Source: an uncultured Actinomycetota bacterium | GTDB taxonomy: Bacteria; Actinomycetota; Actinomycetes; Mycobacteriales; Mycobacteriaceae | DNA length: 64,000 nucleotides | Assembly: GCA_963818285.1 (NCBI GenBank) | Contig: CAWFRR010000012.1 | Location: forward strand, 153,271-217,270 | Direction of reading: 5' to 3' | Shown: positions 61,584 to 64,000 of the stretch, piece by piece | Numbering within the stretch: position 1 is the first letter of the stretch | How the letters are laid out: every line of letters begins with the position of its first letter | Translations under genes and position numbers: made by a program | The notes under the pieces: generated by a model | The model's input: only the letters and a program-made list of their open reading frames with translations | What the model was told of the DNA's origin: nothing | The model's database searches: none

Positions 61584-61735
61584 GTAAGCGCCATCTCGTT
61601 CGACGAGCTTCATCGAGATCGACACTGACGCGATAAAATGCGAGAGACCGACGCGCTAGCGTCGATTTGGGCGATACCCGATTCATACACCTCGGGTGCA
61701 CCGGTGCGACGGGTGCGCTTGGACTTACCGGCCAT
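61583..61735 (-). pseudogene. rpsR: Probable remnant of Zn-independent ribosomal protein S18
   Basis: ATG coupled to the rpsN stop gives [10 protein letters not shown]...; EMAL codons at 61586-61597; the DYKD core is absent and a palindromic repeat lies between. Confidence 0.55.
61613..61671. repeat. 59-bp palindromic REP-like repeat
   Basis: TCGAGATCGACACTGACGCG...CGCGCTAGCGTCGATTTGGG; same length and arms as 31229-31287. Confidence 0.6.
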
Positions 61736-62040
61736 CACCAACTCGCTTTCCGGATACCCGGAAGCTGTCCGTCATGGGCCATTTCGCGCACGCGGACGCG
61801 GGACAGCCCGAACTTGCGCAAGTGTCCACGGGGCCGTCCGTCGACGGCGTCGCGGTTGCGCAACCGCACCGGGCTGGCGTCGCGGGGTTGGCGGGCCAAC
61901 GCGCGCTGGGCGTCCAGCCGTTGCTCGAAGGTGCTCTGCGGCGAGCGAATGATGCGCTTGAGTTCGGCCCGCCGCTCAGCGTAGCGGGCGACGATCTCAC
62001 TTCGCTGGTGGTTCTTGACGATCTTGGATTTCTTGGCCAT
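61735..62040 (-). CDS. rpsN: 30S ribosomal protein S14, Zn-independent (C-) form
   Basis: [10 protein letters not shown]...[21 protein letters not shown]...LPGIRKASW; 101 aa with no Cys. Confidence 0.95.
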   Translation of the reverse strand: MAKKSKIVKNHQRSEIVARYAERRAELKRIIRSPQSTFEQRLDAQRALARQPRDASPVRLRNRDAVDGRPRGHLRKFGLSRVRVREMAHDGQLPGIRKASW

Positions 62041-62204
62041 CAGCGTTCCTCCCGGAACTCGACGTGTCGGCGGATCACCGGGTCGTATTTCTTCAGCACC
62101 AGCCGGTCGGGATCGTTGCGCCGGTTTTTGCGGGTGACGTAGGTGTAGCCGGTGGCCGCGGTGGATCGAAGCTTCACGATCGGACGAATCTCGTTGCGCG
62201 CCAT
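62040..62204 (-). CDS. rpmG: 50S ribosomal protein L33, C- form (not in ORF track)
   Basis: [54 protein letters not shown]. Confidence 0.93.
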   Translation of the reverse strand: MARNEIRPIVKLRSTAATGYTYVTRKNRRNDPDRLVLKKYDPVIRRHVEFREER

Positions 62205-62440
62205 TAGAGTCGCTCACCCGCACGGCGCAGGCGGGTGACGACCGCTTCGATTCCGTCGCGGTCGATGACCTTGATGCCTTTTGCGCTGACGCGCAACGTG
62301 ATCCGGCGGCGTTCCGATGCCAGGTAATAGGTCTTGGTCTGGATATTCGGTGTCCAGCGTCGCCGCGTGCGCCGATGCGAATGCGACACGTTGTTGCCGA
62401 AACTCACCGAGCGTCCGGTGACTTGGCAGTGTGCGGACAT
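62204..62440 (-). CDS. rpmB: 50S ribosomal protein L28, C- form
   Basis: MSAHCQVTG...[18 protein letters not shown]...[15 protein letters not shown]. Confidence 0.95.
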   Translation of the reverse strand: MSAHCQVTGRSVSFGNNVSHSHRRTRRRWTPNIQTKTYYLASERRRITLRVSAKGIKVIDRDGIEAVVTRLRRAGERL

Positions 62441-62450
62441 GGCAACCCCT

Positions 62451-62525
62451 TAATGAAAATCATTTTCGACAAGGCTCGTCTCGGACTGTAGCGTGCGAGA
62501 GGACTTATTGAAAATCGTTTTCAAG
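62451..62525. promoter_or_regulatory. Two Zur boxes
   Basis: TAATGAAAATCATTTTCGA (62451-62469) and TTATTGAAAATCGTTTTCAA (62505-62524) between the divergent Zn-starvation operons. Confidence 0.85.
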
Positions 62526-62535
62526 AGGAGTGGGG

Positions 62536-63735
62536 ATGCGGACACCTGTAGTTCTCGTCGCCGGCCAGGACGGAACCGACGCCGCAGCAGGCACATTGCT
62601 GCGTCGGCCGGGAACGGTGGTGGTCGAGCACCGATTCGACGGCCAGGTGGTGCGCCGGACAGTCATCAGGTTGCGGGACGGTGAGCTGGTCGTCGCCGAG
62701 GAGGCGTTGGAGCTGGCGCACGGCTGCCTGGCCTGCACGATCCGAAACGACCTGCTGGTGCTGCTGCGTAAATTGCACCGGCGTGAGGACGTCGAGCGGG
62801 TCGTCGTGCACTTGGCGCCATGGCTGGAACCCGAGCCGATCTGCTGGGCGATCAACCACACCCCGGTGCGCGTCGGGCCCGGTTACTTCGACGGCCCGGC
62901 CGCGCGCGACGTGGTGATCGCGGGCGTGGTCGCCTGCGTGGACACCGTCGACTGGCTGGGGCAGGCACTGGGCGAGGACGAACTGTCCGACGGACGCACG
63001 GCGGCGCAGGTGGTGGTTTGCCAGGCGGAGTTCGCCGACGTCCTCGTGCTCAACCATCCGGACCCGGCGACGTTGGCCGTCCTGCGACGGCTGGCGCCCC
63101 GCGCGCGGATCACCGTCGGCGTCAACCGCGTCGAGATGGCTCTGGCGCATCTGGAGGATGAATCACGCCGCGGCCGCAGCGATCACCCGCATGCCCCGCT
63201 GCTGGCCGGCCTGCCTCCGCTGGCCCCCGAAGGGGCGATCCGAATCCTGGAATTCAGTGCCCGCCGACCGTTTCACCCCGAGCGGTTGCATGCCGCGGTG
63301 GACACGCTGCTCGACGGTGTGGTCCGTGCTCGCGGCCGGCTCTGGCTGGCCAACCGGGGCGACCAGGTGATGTGGCTCGAGTCGGCCGGTGCCGGGCTGC
63401 GGGTCGCGTCGGCGGGAAAGTGGTTGGCGGCCATGACGTCATCGGAGGTGGCCTACGTCGACCCGGACCGTCGGGCCTTCGCCGACTTGATGTGGGAGCA
63501 CCGGTTCGGCGACCGACACACGTCGATGACGATCCTGGTGTGCGGCGCCGACCCGGTCGCGATCGCCCACGCGCTCAACGGCGCGCTGCTCACCGACGAC
63601 GAGCTGGCTCACCCGGATTCCTGGAGCCGCTACGACGACCCGTTCGGCGACTGGCATCAGGACCCCTGCTACGAAATGCCCAATATGGCAGGCGAATTCT
63701 CGGCCCACCGCAATGGCAACGAAGGATCTGAATGA
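62536..63735 (+). CDS. mrf: Mycobacterial Mpy recruitment factor / CobW (COG0523)-like protein
   Basis: [42 protein letters not shown]. Divergent from the C- rpmB operon. Confidence 0.85.
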   Translation: MRTPVVLVAGQDGTDAAAGTLLRRPGTVVVEHRFDGQVVRRTVIRLRDGELVVAEEALELAHGCLACTIRNDLLVLLRKLHRREDVERVVVHLAPWLEPEPICWAINHTPVRVGPGYFDGPAARDVVIAGVVACVDTVDWLGQALGEDELSDGRTAAQVVVCQAEFADVLVLNHPDPATLAVLRRLAPRARITVGVNRVEMALAHLEDESRRGRSDHPHAPLLAGLPPLAPEGAIRILEFSARRPFHPERLHAAVDTLLDGVVRARGRLWLANRGDQVMWLESAGAGLRVASAGKWLAAMTSSEVAYVDPDRRAFADLMWEHRFGDRHTSMTILVCGADPVAIAHALNGALLTDDELAHPDSWSRYDDPFGDWHQDPCYEMPNMAGEFSAHRNGNEGSE

Positions 63736-63992
63736 AACCCCACATCCACCCCGACTATCGACCCGTGGTGTTCCAGGACGCCAACACCGGGACGCAATTC
63801 CTCACCCGGTCAACGATCACCAGTTCGCGCACGATCGACTGGGAGACCCCGACCGGTGTGCAGACCTATCCGTTGGTCGTAGTCGAGGTTTCCAGCGATT
63901 CGCACCCGTTCTGGACAGGTACCAAGCGAACCATCGATGCCGAAGGGCGGGTGGAGAAGTTCTACCAGCGTTACGGCCGTCGCTCGAAATAG
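63732..63992 (+). CDS. rpmE2: 50S ribosomal protein L31 type B
   Basis: [16 protein letters not shown]...[10 protein letters not shown]...GRVEKF. Confidence 0.95.
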   Translation: MKPHIHPDYRPVVFQDANTGTQFLTRSTITSSRTIDWETPTGVQTYPLVVVEVSSDSHPFWTGTKRTIDAEGRVEKFYQRYGRRSK

Positions 63993-64000
63993 TAACGCCA

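Overview
High-GC actinobacterial DNA, almost certainly a Mycobacterium/Mycolicibacterium chromosome. Evidence: LipJ-type cyclase, mrf, Zur-controlled alternative ribosomal proteins, F420/mycofactocin enzymes, Eis and mycobacterial QcrB. It is a dense accessory-metabolism region of about 65 genes. At least 13 unrelated genes carry small frameshifts, most likely sequencing or assembly indels. Recognisable modules: OsmC/acyl-CoA-dehydrogenase unit with TetR; TauD dioxygenase; type III PKS-methyltransferase-FAD oxidoreductase operon; phosphonate-type cluster; sulfate-binding protein plus SulP; stand-alone qcrB paralog; Zur-regulated rpmB-rpmG-rpsN(-rpsR remnant) divergent from mrf-rpmE2. Two items stand out. 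(1) 44.1-53.9 kb: a NorQ/CbbQ-type AAA+ ATPase and NorD-like VWA pair with no NorB, RuBisCO or CODH client in the window. It sits among two paralogous Trp-rich polytopic membrane proteins and three small membrane proteins (one a 34-aa ORF absent from the ORF track), plus two P450s and amine-dehydrogenase-like enzymes, under two TetR paralogs. (2) 27.9-28.9 kb: a TipA-type MerR regulator fused to an intact PduO cobalamin adenosyltransferase, with a tipA-like 19-bp-spacer promoter and an internal RBS/start codon. No rRNA, tRNA, CRISPR array or IS element was seen.
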